NCBI GenBank assembly: GCA_963674755.2 | Contig: CAXXVS010000002.1 | Location: 576,001 to 640,000, forward strand | Direction of reading: 5' to 3' | Length of the DNA stretch: 64,000 bases | DNA from: Desulfobacterales bacterium | GTDB taxonomy: Bacteria > Desulfobacterota > Desulfobacteria > Desulfobacterales > UBA5852 | Shown: positions 51,770 to 60,457 of the stretch, in pieces | Layout: every line of letters starts with the position of its first letter | How positions within the stretch are numbered: the first letter of the stretch is position 1 | The notes under the pieces: model-generated | The model's database searches: none | What the model saw: only the letters and a program-made list of their open reading frames with translations | Told to the model about the DNA's origin: nothing | Position numbers and translations under genes: made by a program

Positions 51770-52714
51770 GTGAAACGTCGGATTCTTGAGTTCCTGCAGG
51801 AGGCGGACAACATCCTCTCCGGAGAACAGATGAGCGCGCTTCTGGGCGTGTCGCGGGTATCGGTGTGGAAGCATGTGCGCGGTTTGCAGGCGGCCGGCTA
51901 CCCCATCGAATCCACGCCCAAGGGGTATCGTCTCGCCAATCGGCCGGATATTCTGCAGCCCTGGGAATTTCCGGGGCGGGAAGAGCGCGTGCACTGCCAT
52001 CGGGAGGCGGACTCCACCATGGTCCTGGCGCGCCAACTGGCCCGGAAGGGTTGTCCGGCCTTCACCGTGGTGACGGCCGACCGGCAGTCTCGGGGACGGG
52101 GCCGGCTCGATCGTGGCTGGCATTCCCGCCCGGGGGGGCTCTATTTCACCATCGTCCTGCGGCCGGATCTGCCGCCCCAGCTGAGTTCCCTGACCACCTT
52201 TGCGGCCGGACTGACCTGGGCCGTGCTATTAAAAGAAGACTACGGGATCGCGGTGGGGCTCAAGTGGCCCAACGACCTGCTGGCCGGCGATCGGAAATTG
52301 TCCGGCATGCTCTCCGAGATGGAGGCCCGGGGCGATCAGTTGACGTTTGTCAATATCGGCATCGGGCTGAACGTCAACAACGATCCCGGAGTCGACGAGC
52401 CGGGCGCCGTCGCCCTGTCCGAACTGGCCGGACACCCCTTGTCCCGACGGGATCTTTTGGCGAATTTCCTGGACCGCTTTGAAAACCGCATGAATGCCCC
52501 CCACGGTCTGGACCATGTCATCACCGAGTGGAAAACCCATGCCCTCACACTCAACCGCTACGTGAAAATCGTCACCGTCCGGGAAACAATGGCCGGCCTG
52601 GCCCGCGATGTGGACGAGACGGGCGCCCTGATTCTGGAACGCGCCGACGGGTCCCGGCAGCGCATCCTGCACGGGGATTGTTTTCACCAGTCCGGTGTGG
52701 ATGGCAGCGTTTGA
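51770..52714 (+). CDS. birA: Bifunctional biotin repressor/biotin-protein ligase
   Basis: N-terminal HTH (SGEQMS..LGVSR..VWK), GRGR, KWPND, KLSG. Confidence 0.95.
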   Translation: MKRRILEFLQEADNILSGEQMSALLGVSRVSVWKHVRGLQAAGYPIESTPKGYRLANRPDILQPWEFPGREERVHCHREADSTMVLARQLARKGCPAFTVVTADRQSRGRGRLDRGWHSRPGGLYFTIVLRPDLPPQLSSLTTFAAGLTWAVLLKEDYGIAVGLKWPNDLLAGDRKLSGMLSEMEARGDQLTFVNIGIGLNVNNDPGVDEPGAVALSELAGHPLSRRDLLANFLDRFENRMNAPHGLDHVITEWKTHALTLNRYVKIVTVRETMAGLARDVDETGALILERADGSRQRILHGDCFHQSGVDGSV

Positions 52715-52762
52715 CAGGATGACGACCCTCACCCGTCATGGTCGGAAAGGATAAGAATCCAA

Positions 52763-53380
52763 ATGGTCCCGAACGATTTGAGACCCATGGTGCTGGCCTC
52801 GCTCTTTGCGGCCCTCACCGCGGTCGGCGCCCTGATCGCCCTGCCGGTCGGCCCGGTGCCCATCGTGCTGCAGAACTTCTTCGTCATGCTGATGGCGCTG
52901 CTGCTGGGACCCCGTTGGGCCCTGGCGGGCATGGGGGCCTACCTCCTGGCCGGCGCTCTGGGGCTGCCGGTGTTTGCCGGCGGCTTCAGCGGTTTGGCCC
53001 GTTTTGCCGGTCCCACGGGGGGCTACCTGGTGGGCTACCTGCCCTGTGTGGTCCTGATCGGCTGGATTTCGGCGCGGGGGCGGGGCCACCGGCTGGTTGA
53101 CGTCCTGGCCATGGTATGCGGCACCGCCGCCTTGTATTCGTGCGGCGTGGCCTGGCTGAAGGTGGTAACCGGCATGGCCTGGGGCCAGGCCGTGGCGGTG
53201 GGGGTCATCCCCTTTCTGCCCGGTGATATCGCCAAAATCATAGCGGCCGTGCTGGTGATCAACTCTCTGCGCCAGCTGACCGCCATGAACGGCAGCGCGT
53301 CGGGACCGACGCCTGCCGCGGCCTCCTTGCTGGCCGCAAAATGGCGGTCGCATGCCGGATCGTCAGGGAAGCAAAGATGA
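52763..53380 (+). CDS. bioY: Biotin transporter S component
   Basis: PVPIVLQ, GLPVFAG, GPTGGYL, PFLPGD. Confidence 0.95.
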   Translation: MVPNDLRPMVLASLFAALTAVGALIALPVGPVPIVLQNFFVMLMALLLGPRWALAGMGAYLLAGALGLPVFAGGFSGLARFAGPTGGYLVGYLPCVVLIGWISARGRGHRLVDVLAMVCGTAALYSCGVAWLKVVTGMAWGQAVAVGVIPFLPGDIAKIIAAVLVINSLRQLTAMNGSASGPTPAAASLLAAKWRSHAGSSGKQR

Positions 53381-54120
53381 TTCGGCTCGCAAACGTCCAT
53401 TTCAGCTATGCCGACGGCAATATCGGCCTGCAGGACGTGTCTTTCGGCATCCCGGCCGGGGAACTGGTGGTGGTGGCCGGGGCCAATGGGTCCGGCAAGA
53501 CCACCCTGCTCAAACACCTGAACGGGCTTCTGCTCCCCCAGAGGGGCCGGGTGGAGGTGGACGGTATTTGCACCCGGGACGACCTGCCCGGTATCCGGCA
53601 GCGCGTGGGAATGGTGTTCCAGCATGCCGACGCCCAGATCGTGGGGGAGACCGTGGCCGAGGACGTGGCCTTCGGGCCGGAAAACCTGTGCCTGCCCCGT
53701 CCGGAAATCGAGCGCCGCGTGACCGAAGCCCTGGAGGCTGTAAGCCTGGTCCACAAGAAACACCAGCGTCCCCACCTGCTCTCCGGCGGAGAAAAACGCC
53801 GCCTGACCATCGCCGGGATTCTGGCCATGCAGCCTGCGGTGGTGGTCTTTGACGAGCCCTTTTCCAGCCTGGATCTATTCGGGGTGCGGCAGGTGCTGCG
53901 CCAGATTCTGGCCCTCAAGGCCTCCGGGAGGACGGTGCTGGTCACCACCCATGACATCGACAAAATCATCGCCCACACCGATCGTGTGGTGCTGATGCAA
54001 GAGGGGCGGCTGGTGGGGGAGGGGCCGCCTTCCCAATGGCTGCCCGTGGTGGAGCGCTATGGCGTGCGCCAGCCCGAGGCGTCACGTCTGGGCGTAGCGG
54101 TGCGATCATGGCTGAACTGA
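53377..54120 (+). CDS. ECF transporter ATPase (BioM/EcfA)
   Basis: GANGSGKT, LSGGE, DEP; ATGA overlap with the bioY stop. Confidence 0.92.
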   Translation: MIRLANVHFSYADGNIGLQDVSFGIPAGELVVVAGANGSGKTTLLKHLNGLLLPQRGRVEVDGICTRDDLPGIRQRVGMVFQHADAQIVGETVAEDVAFGPENLCLPRPEIERRVTEALEAVSLVHKKHQRPHLLSGGEKRRLTIAGILAMQPAVVVFDEPFSSLDLFGVRQVLRQILALKASGRTVLVTTHDIDKIIAHTDRVVLMQEGRLVGEGPPSQWLPVVERYGVRQPEASRLGVAVRSWLN

Positions 54121-54863
54121 GCGTATTCGGTTATCGTCATGGCCGCAGCCCGGCCCACCGGCTGGATGTCCGCTGCAAGCTGATCATCCTGCTTGTGTTG
54201 ACCGCGGCCGTCGTGGCGGCCCCACCGGTGGCGATGGGGCCAATCTCCCTGGGCATCATCCTGCTCTGGGCTAGCTTGCGCCTGCCCCTGCGCCGGTTGG
54301 GGCGCGAAATTCGTCTCTTTCTGGTCTTTCTTATGGCGGTATTCATCGTACGCGCCTTGTCGACTCCCGGCGTGTCTGTGGTGGACTGGCACGGACTGTC
54401 CGTTTCCCGTGAAGGTCTGTACCAGGGTGCCGTGGTGGCCTGGCGACTGATGATGGTCCTGGCCCTGGGATTGGTTTTTGTCACCACCACGCGGCCTTCC
54501 CATCTGAAGGCGGCGGTTCAGTGGCTGCTGCGTCCGGTCCCCTTTGTGCACGCCCCCAAGGCCGCCACCATGGTGGGGCTGATCGTGCGCTTCATCCCTG
54601 TTCTCCACCAACAGGTACGCGAAACCCGGAGCGCCCTGGCGGCCCGCGGGGGCGGCCGGCAGCGGCTGCGCCTGGGGCAGATCCGCTATCTCGTTTTTCC
54701 CACCATGCGCCGGGTCGTACTGGCGGCGGATCAACTCGCCCTGGCCATGCTGGCCCGGGGCTACCAGGAAACACGCACCGAGCCCGACCTGCACGCCACG
54801 GCCGCCGACGGCCTGGCGCTCGCCGCGGCGGCCGCTGTTCTGGCGGCAACCCTGATGATTTGA
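54108..54863 (+). CDS. ECF transporter T component (BioN/EcfT)
   Basis: HRLD.R.K and two ARG motifs. Confidence 0.9.
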   Translation: MAELSVFGYRHGRSPAHRLDVRCKLIILLVLTAAVVAAPPVAMGPISLGIILLWASLRLPLRRLGREIRLFLVFLMAVFIVRALSTPGVSVVDWHGLSVSREGLYQGAVVAWRLMMVLALGLVFVTTTRPSHLKAAVQWLLRPVPFVHAPKAATMVGLIVRFIPVLHQQVRETRSALAARGGGRQRLRLGQIRYLVFPTMRRVVLAADQLALAMLARGYQETRTEPDLHATAADGLALAAAAAVLAATLMI

Positions 54864-54954
54864 CACACGGAATCCAGCGATGGTATATGCGGAACCGGTT
54901 CAAGGTCGATGCCGCTTGAGTGAGCGCTACAGCTCGGTTCCAGGCGGTTTTTTT
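54860..54954 (+). promoter_or_regulatory. Promoter and structured leader/terminator upstream of trkA
   Basis: TTGACA (54860) and TG-n-TATATG; alternative stems ending in GCCGCTT/AGGCGGT plus a T-tract. Confidence 0.45.
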
Positions 54955-54986
54955 GCTCCGGGACGTTTCAACCAGGGGAATCCTTT

Positions 54987-56351
54987 TTGAAAGTCATCAT
55001 CATCGGCGCCGGTGAGGTGGGATTCCACATTGCCAGCCACCTGTCACGGGAAAACAAGAATGTCATCGTGGTGGACCGGAACCCGGAGGCGCTGCGGCGG
55101 GTGTCCGACAACCTCGATGTTCAGGTGCTCCAGGGATCCGGCAGCAGCCCGGTGGTCCTGGAGGAGGCCGGCATCGGTTCGGCCGAGATCATGCTGGCCG
55201 TCACCAACAGCGACGAGGCCAATCTGGTGGCCTGCCTGGCGGCCGATATCATTTCACCGTCCACCAAGAAGCTGGCCCGCCTCCGGAACGCCGACTACGA
55301 CGACTATCACGAGACCTTCCGCGAGAAGGCCCCGCACATCGATACGGTCATCAACCCCGACATCGAGGTGGTCAAAACCATCTACCGCATGATGAAGGTT
55401 CCCGGTGCGGTGGACGTGGGGGAATTCGCTGACGGGCGCATCATGTTCGTGGGCCTTTATCTGGACGAGCATTCCCCCCTCAACCACGTCAAACTGATCG
55501 ACCTCCCCGCCAAGCTGAAGGGGGTCAGGCCGTTGATCGCGGCCATCATGCGCGACGAGGAACTGATTATCCCCCGCGGCCGGGATCGCCTCATGGCCGG
55601 CGATCTGGTGTACTACATCACGGCCCGCGAGCAGTTGCAGGAAACCCTGGCGGTCTTCGGCAAGCAGGAGCCGCCCCTCAAGCGGGTCCTCATCATCGGC
55701 GGCGGACGGATCGGCTACCGCCTGGCCGCCGTGCTCGAAAGCCAGCCCATTGCCTGTAAGATCATCGAGCGGAATTCCGAAAAATGCGATCGGCTGGCCG
55801 AGCGCCTCAACAAGGCCGTTGTGCTGCACGGCGACGGGTCGGACCAGGGGCTTCTGGCCGAGGAGAACGTGGGCGGGATGGATGCCGTGGTCACCCTGAC
55901 CAACGACGAGGAAACCAATATCATCGCCTCCCTGCTGGCCCGGCGCATGGGCATCCGCAAGTGCATCACCCGCATCAGCAAATTCAGCTATTTCCCGCTC
56001 ATGAGTACCATCGGCATCGACCAGGTGGTCAGCCCGCGGCTTTCCGCCATCAACAGCATCCTCCAGCATGTGCGGCGGGGCAAGGTCCTCTCGGCCATGT
56101 CCATCAAGGGCGAGCAGGCTGAAATCCTGGAAGCCATGGCCATGGCCACCTCGGCCATCGTGTCCAAGCCCCTGCGCAATGTCGGCGTTCCCCGGGGCGC
56201 CCTGGTGGCGGCCGTCATCCGCAAAGAGCGGATCATCATTCCCAGCGGCGATACGGTCATCGAACCCGACGACCGCATCATTATCGTGGCCCGGCGCGAG
56301 GCCATCCAGCAGGTCGAGAAAATTCTGGCGGTCAAGCTGGAGTTCTTCTGA
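54987..56351 (+). CDS. trkA: Trk K+ transporter NAD-binding subunit
   Basis: Two RCK units (GAGEVG; GGGRIG); TTG start. Confidence 0.95.
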   Translation: MKVIIIGAGEVGFHIASHLSRENKNVIVVDRNPEALRRVSDNLDVQVLQGSGSSPVVLEEAGIGSAEIMLAVTNSDEANLVACLAADIISPSTKKLARLRNADYDDYHETFREKAPHIDTVINPDIEVVKTIYRMMKVPGAVDVGEFADGRIMFVGLYLDEHSPLNHVKLIDLPAKLKGVRPLIAAIMRDEELIIPRGRDRLMAGDLVYYITAREQLQETLAVFGKQEPPLKRVLIIGGGRIGYRLAAVLESQPIACKIIERNSEKCDRLAERLNKAVVLHGDGSDQGLLAEENVGGMDAVVTLTNDEETNIIASLLARRMGIRKCITRISKFSYFPLMSTIGIDQVVSPRLSAINSILQHVRRGKVLSAMSIKGEQAEILEAMAMATSAIVSKPLRNVGVPRGALVAAVIRKERIIIPSGDTVIEPDDRIIIVARREAIQQVEKILAVKLEFF

Positions 56352-57799
56352 TGCACTGGCGCCATGTCCTCAAGGTGGTGGGTGTATTGACCATCGCCCT
56401 GGCATGCACCATGATCATCCCCCTACTGGTGGGCGTTTACTACCACGACCGCAGCGTCTTGCCCTTCGGGATGGCCCTGGCCGCCTCCCTGGCGGGCGGC
56501 ACGGCTCTTTTCCTGGCCGGCCGCACGGATCGCACGGAGTTCGTCAGCCAGCGGGAGGGCATGGCCATCGTGGCCCTGGGCTGGACCGTGGCCGGTGTCT
56601 TCGGCGCCCTGCCGTTTTACTTCGAGGGCGAATGCCCAACTTTCGTGGACGCTCTCTTCGAGTCGGTATCCGGGTTCACTACCACGGGGGCCTCGGTGCT
56701 CACGGATATTGAAGCGGTCTCACGGGGGCTGCTCTTGTGGCGCAGCCTCATCCAATGGCTGGGCGGCATGGGAATTATCGTGCTGGGGATTGCTATCCTG
56801 CCGTTTTTAGGCGTCGGCGGGATGCAGCTTTACAAGGCCGAGGTGCCGACCCCGGTGCCCGACAAACTCCAGCCGCGGATCCGCGACACCGCCATGATTC
56901 TCTGGAAAGTCTACGCCCTGATCACGGCGGCCGAGGTCGTGGCGCTGTGGGCCGGCGGCATGTCCTTATACGACGCCGTGAACCACGCCATGACGACCCT
57001 GCCCACGGGCGGATTTTCCACCAAAAACGCCTCGGTGGCGCAATTCGGCAGCCTTTATTTCGATTTGGTTATTTCCTTTTTCATGGTGTTGGCGGGGATC
57101 AATTTCTCCCTGCACTACCAGATGCTGCGGGGCCAGACCCTGGCCTTCTGGCGGGATTCGGAGTGCCGTTTTTTCCTGGGGGCGGTCCTGGTGCTCACCC
57201 TGGTGGTGTCCTTCGATATATGGGGCAGCATCTATGCCACGATCGGCGAGTCGCTGCGCTACGGCCTGTTCCAGGTGGTCTCCATCGTCACCACCACCGG
57301 CTATGCCACCGCCGACTATGAACGATGGCCGGCCATGTCCCAGTTGATTCTCCTGTTGTGCATGTTTCTGGGGGCCTCGGCCGGATCCACAGGCGGCGGT
57401 ATGAAATGCCTGCGGATCATGCTGTGCTTCAAGTTCTGTTACAAGGAGTTGTTTTCCCTGATTCATCCCCGGGCGGTCACCCACGTCAAGATTGCCGGCA
57501 AGGGCGTGCCCGACGACGTGCTGCGCAGCGTGCTGGGCTTTTTGGCACTTTACATGGGCTTGTTCGGCTTGTGTTCGGTCCTGCTGGCCGGTATGGGGGT
57601 GGATATGACCACCGCTTTCGGCGCCGTGGCCGCCACCCTGGGCAATATCGGGCCGGGTTTCGGTATGGTGGGGCCGGTGGAGAACTACGCCCTGATCCCC
57701 GGCCTCGGCAAATGGCTCCTGATCTGGTGCATGCTGTTGGGGCGGCTGGAGATCTATACGCTGATCATCCTGTTGGTCCCGGAATTCTACCGCAAGTGA
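56351..57799 (+). CDS. trkH: Trk K+ transporter membrane subunit
   Basis: ESVSGFTTTG, TGGFS, STGGG.K, GNIGPG, GRLE. Confidence 0.95.
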   Translation: MHWRHVLKVVGVLTIALACTMIIPLLVGVYYHDRSVLPFGMALAASLAGGTALFLAGRTDRTEFVSQREGMAIVALGWTVAGVFGALPFYFEGECPTFVDALFESVSGFTTTGASVLTDIEAVSRGLLLWRSLIQWLGGMGIIVLGIAILPFLGVGGMQLYKAEVPTPVPDKLQPRIRDTAMILWKVYALITAAEVVALWAGGMSLYDAVNHAMTTLPTGGFSTKNASVAQFGSLYFDLVISFFMVLAGINFSLHYQMLRGQTLAFWRDSECRFFLGAVLVLTLVVSFDIWGSIYATIGESLRYGLFQVVSIVTTTGYATADYERWPAMSQLILLLCMFLGASAGSTGGGMKCLRIMLCFKFCYKELFSLIHPRAVTHVKIAGKGVPDDVLRSVLGFLALYMGLFGLCSVLLAGMGVDMTTAFGAVAATLGNIGPGFGMVGPVENYALIPGLGKWLLIWCMLLGRLEIYTLIILLVPEFYRK

Positions 57800-57941
57800 G
57801 CGACCCGTCGGAAAGGGCGTCTTTCAGCCCCAGCCGGCGTTCTCGCAATTTGCCGGTCCTCGACGTAGTTCACTACGCCTGCGGTCGTCAAATCGCTGCG
57901 GCCTTGCCTGGAACTGAAATTCACCCTTTCCGACAGGCCGC
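57800..57941 (-). repeat. Palindromic intergenic repeat, copy D (different terminal arms)
   Basis: GCGACCCGTCGGAAAGGG / CCCTTTCCGACAGGCCGC ends; core GGCGTTCTCGC...TCCTCGACGTAG..CTACGCCTGCGG...GCGGCCTTG. Confidence 0.85.
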
Positions 57942-58141
57942 AGGTGGCGCTGAGAAAAAAGGATTTCGGGCATTTCTTGAAGTCGTTTGTTGCGTTTATT
58001 CGGCATCAAAATCGCTATCTGAATCGTTTTTCGTTTGTCAGCGGGTCGGTTTAGGATCCCGATTCTGAAACCCTGAGATGCCAGCGGAACGGGAAAAAAC
58101 GCCATCGATGTTGAATTTTCCCTCAATAGCTCGCTTTCCTA

Positions 58142-58172
58142 TTGACAAGCGATCTTCCTTTGTTTAGATAAT
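58142..58172 (+). promoter_or_regulatory. Sigma-70 promoter of the tRNA pair
   Basis: TTGACA with TAGATAAT downstream, immediately before tRNA-Lys. Confidence 0.6.
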
Positions 58173-58187
58173 GGCGTTTCCTGACCG

Positions 58188-58263
58188 GGGCCGTTAACTC
58201 AGTCGGTAGAGTATCTGCCTTTTAAGCAGAGAGTCGCTGGTTCGAGCCCAGCACGGCCCACCA
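58188..58263 (+). tRNA. tRNA-Lys(TTT)
   Basis: GGGCCGT/ACGGCCC acceptor stem, TCTGC-CTTTTAA-GCAGA anticodon arm, GGTTCGA, CCA end. Confidence 0.97.
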
Positions 58264-58269
58264 CATTGC

Positions 58270-58347
58270 GTCCCCATCGTCTAGCCCGGTCCAGGACACC
58301 GGCCTTTCACGCCGGCGACAGGGGTTCGAATCCCCTTGGGGACGCCA
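58270..58347 (+). tRNA. tRNA-Glu(TTC)
   Basis: GTCCCCA/TGGGGAC acceptor stem, CCGGC-CTTTCAC-GCCGG anticodon arm, GGTTCGAATCC, CCA end. Confidence 0.97.
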
Positions 58348-58417
58348 TTTGCAGACAACAGGCACCGGAAGGTGCCTGATCTATATAGTCCGGCAATTGC
58401 CGGACGTTGGACTATTC

Positions 58418-58451
58418 AGCCCCCGGACGCGCAAGCTTTCGGGGGCTTTTT
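58418..58451 (+). terminator. Intrinsic terminator after tRNA-Glu
   Basis: AGCCCCCGGA...TTCGGGGGCT followed by a T-tract. Confidence 0.85.
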
Positions 58452-58855
58452 GTTTGGTGTTTTTGCGATCGATTTCATACCTTTTGCAATATTCAATCAA
58501 TTTTGGTAGCGTGTGTTCATTCCCTTTTTTTGAAGCCGGCCCAACCCCATTTCGCGCAATGCGATCCGATGAATCATCTTTGACACATAAAAGATGCAAT
58601 CCTATGGCTTTTGTGATTACGCGATGTCAAAGGTTTTAAAGCGAAGAGACTTCTGAAATTTATAAGTGAGGGCATCCCTATAATGGCCCCTATCGCATAA
58701 GGTGGGTTATCCTTCAACATCGATATGCCGTCGAGGGACTGCGATGAACGATGGTGCGTACCGCAGGGAGGGAAAAGGGACATTGACTAAGAGTGAAGGG
58801 TTTGGTTTGTACTCTTAGTCAACAACGTCCCCAACTCTCCCACAAGCGTAACATC

Positions 58856-58928
58856 ACATAACCTCATTCTTTACTCGGATTGTGACTACGCTGCGCTCCG
58901 CCACAACCGGTAAGCATGGGCGTTAACT
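58856..58928 (+). mobile_element. Integron attC site 1
   Basis: R'' ACATAAC, R' GTTAACT; arms TTAC(T)CGG(A)TTGTG / CACAACCGGTAA with extrahelical bases. Confidence 0.85.
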
Positions 58929-58966
58929 TCAAAAAAATTTATCCTTGTTAAGCGGGCTAAAAATAA

Positions 58967-59908
58967 ATGGACAAGAATTTTACATTTATCCCAAATCATA
59001 TTGAGATTATTGGGGACCTGCCATTTGAAATAATTCCATCCTATTTTTTGAGAAAAGCGAACAACATTGAAATTAATTTAATAACTAAAAATCTTGATTC
59101 TATAGGTAGTCTGATTTCAAAGACAGGGAATCTTCCCTATGCAGTTTCCTTTTCAGACGAAATATTATCTGAGAATGAAGTTTATCTAAAAACCGAGCCT
59201 TTGGATTTCAAAGACTGGAAATATTATGTTGTAGAATACGAAGGACATGGGGAATTATTGCATAAATATCAGTTAACTGCCAATCTTTTTAAGTACCCAT
59301 TGGAGTTTGATGTCTTTCAATTAGAACAATACGAAAATTCTTACGCTTTTTCCTACTCGCCAGATATTGCATACCGATTCTTTGCAGATAATGATCTAAC
59401 AGTGCTACAGACGCTAAATGTCAATGATTTGATTAAATTATCTGAATCATATAAAAAGATGTGTGATATTGAAGCTAAGTATCATGAAATTAAAAACTCA
59501 ATTTTTATATACAATTCATTAAGGTTTTTGCCGAATTACAACGAATATAGAATATTAGGATTGTTTACAGCCATAGAATCTCTGATCACTCACAAGCCTT
59601 CAAAAAAAGAAACAGGAGACTCGTTAACACATCAAATAAAGACTAAAATTCCGTTGCTACTCAACAGAATTGATAGCAGCGAAATATCAGAAAATTATTA
59701 TCAGAAAGAAAAATTAGATACCCTTTGGGGCAAACTTTACGATTATAGAAGTAGCATTGCTCATGGAACCAAAGCTGATTTTAATAAAGAATTACAACTG
59801 TTGGAAAGTCCGATTAAAATAACAGAATATTTATCACTCTGCGTTAAAAATCTAATTCTTTTAGCTCTAGAAGAACCTCAACTAATTCAAGATTTAAGAA
59901 AATGTTAA
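58967..59908 (+). CDS. Cassette 1: ApeA-like HEPN domain protein
   Basis: LFTAIESL...LYDYRSSIAHG (R-x4-H); AT-rich; ORF fills the cassette. Confidence 0.8.
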   Translation: MDKNFTFIPNHIEIIGDLPFEIIPSYFLRKANNIEINLITKNLDSIGSLISKTGNLPYAVSFSDEILSENEVYLKTEPLDFKDWKYYVVEYEGHGELLHKYQLTANLFKYPLEFDVFQLEQYENSYAFSYSPDIAYRFFADNDLTVLQTLNVNDLIKLSESYKKMCDIEAKYHEIKNSIFIYNSLRFLPNYNEYRILGLFTAIESLITHKPSKKETGDSLTHQIKTKIPLLLNRIDSSEISENYYQKEKLDTLWGKLYDYRSSIAHGTKADFNKELQLLESPIKITEYLSLCVKNLILLALEEPQLIQDLRKC

Positions 59909-59913
59909 GAATC

Positions 59914-59978
59914 AGTTAACCACCGCCTTCACACGGACCCCGTAAACAGCGCGAGTCCGGTGAGGCGGAACGTTATAC
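59914..59978 (+). mobile_element. Integron attC site 2
   Basis: R'' AGTTAAC, R' GTTATAC; arms CCGCCT(T)CAC(A)CGGAC / GTCCGGTGAGGCGG. Confidence 0.9.
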
Positions 59979-59990
59979 GAGCAGACATAA

Positions 59991-60281
59991 ATGGATTTTT
60001 TGATAGAAATCGGATTGTGGTGCGCCTTATTTTTTTACGCCATACCTTTAATTTTACTATTTTTTCGCCGGAAATATTTTGTAATTTATAATTGCATACC
60101 CCTTATAGTTCTTGTGCTTGTGTGGGGACAGCATTTCTATGCCTCAGCTCAACCAGGATATAAAGAAGGCCCCGGAGGAGCCCTTGGCATTTATTTGGGG
60201 TTTTTAATTTCAGTTGCATTTTGTTTAGGCGTTTCTTTAAGTTATGTATCATATTGGGCATATAGGAGATGGAAGCAGTAA
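59991..60281 (+). CDS. Cassette 2: small 3-TM membrane protein
   Basis: 96 aa with three hydrophobic segments; ORF fills the cassette between attC2 and attC3. Confidence 0.75.
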   Translation: MDFLIEIGLWCALFFYAIPLILLFFRRKYFVIYNCIPLIVLVLVWGQHFYASAQPGYKEGPGGALGIYLGFLISVAFCLGVSLSYVSYWAYRRWKQ

Positions 60282-60284
60282 TTC

Positions 60285-60347
60285 GTATAACAAATCGTTC
60301 GTGTGGGACTATCGCTTCGCGCCGGTCCCACAACTCAAACGTTAACC
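60285..60347 (+). mobile_element. Integron attC site 3
   Basis: R'' GTATAAC, R' GTTAACC; arms TGTGGGAC / GTCCCACA. Confidence 0.85.
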
Positions 60348-60457
60348 CAATCGGACACAAGCCCGGACACAAAATCTGATGTCCAAAATGCTCTCATATG
60401 CGTCTGATGCGCTAAAAAGGGTAATAAATTCAGTGAGGGTGGGGTAGTGTGGAAGCA

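Noticed and set aside
24503..57941. CRISPR array interpretation of the repeats
   Set aside because: The repeats are long, dispersed and not regularly spaced, and there are no cas genes. The attC sites are dissimilar to each other and separated by ORFs.
58452..58855. intI, attI or Pc promoter upstream of the cassettes
   Set aside because: Only short spurious ORFs without tyrosine recombinase motifs; TATAAT at 58679 has no properly spaced -35.
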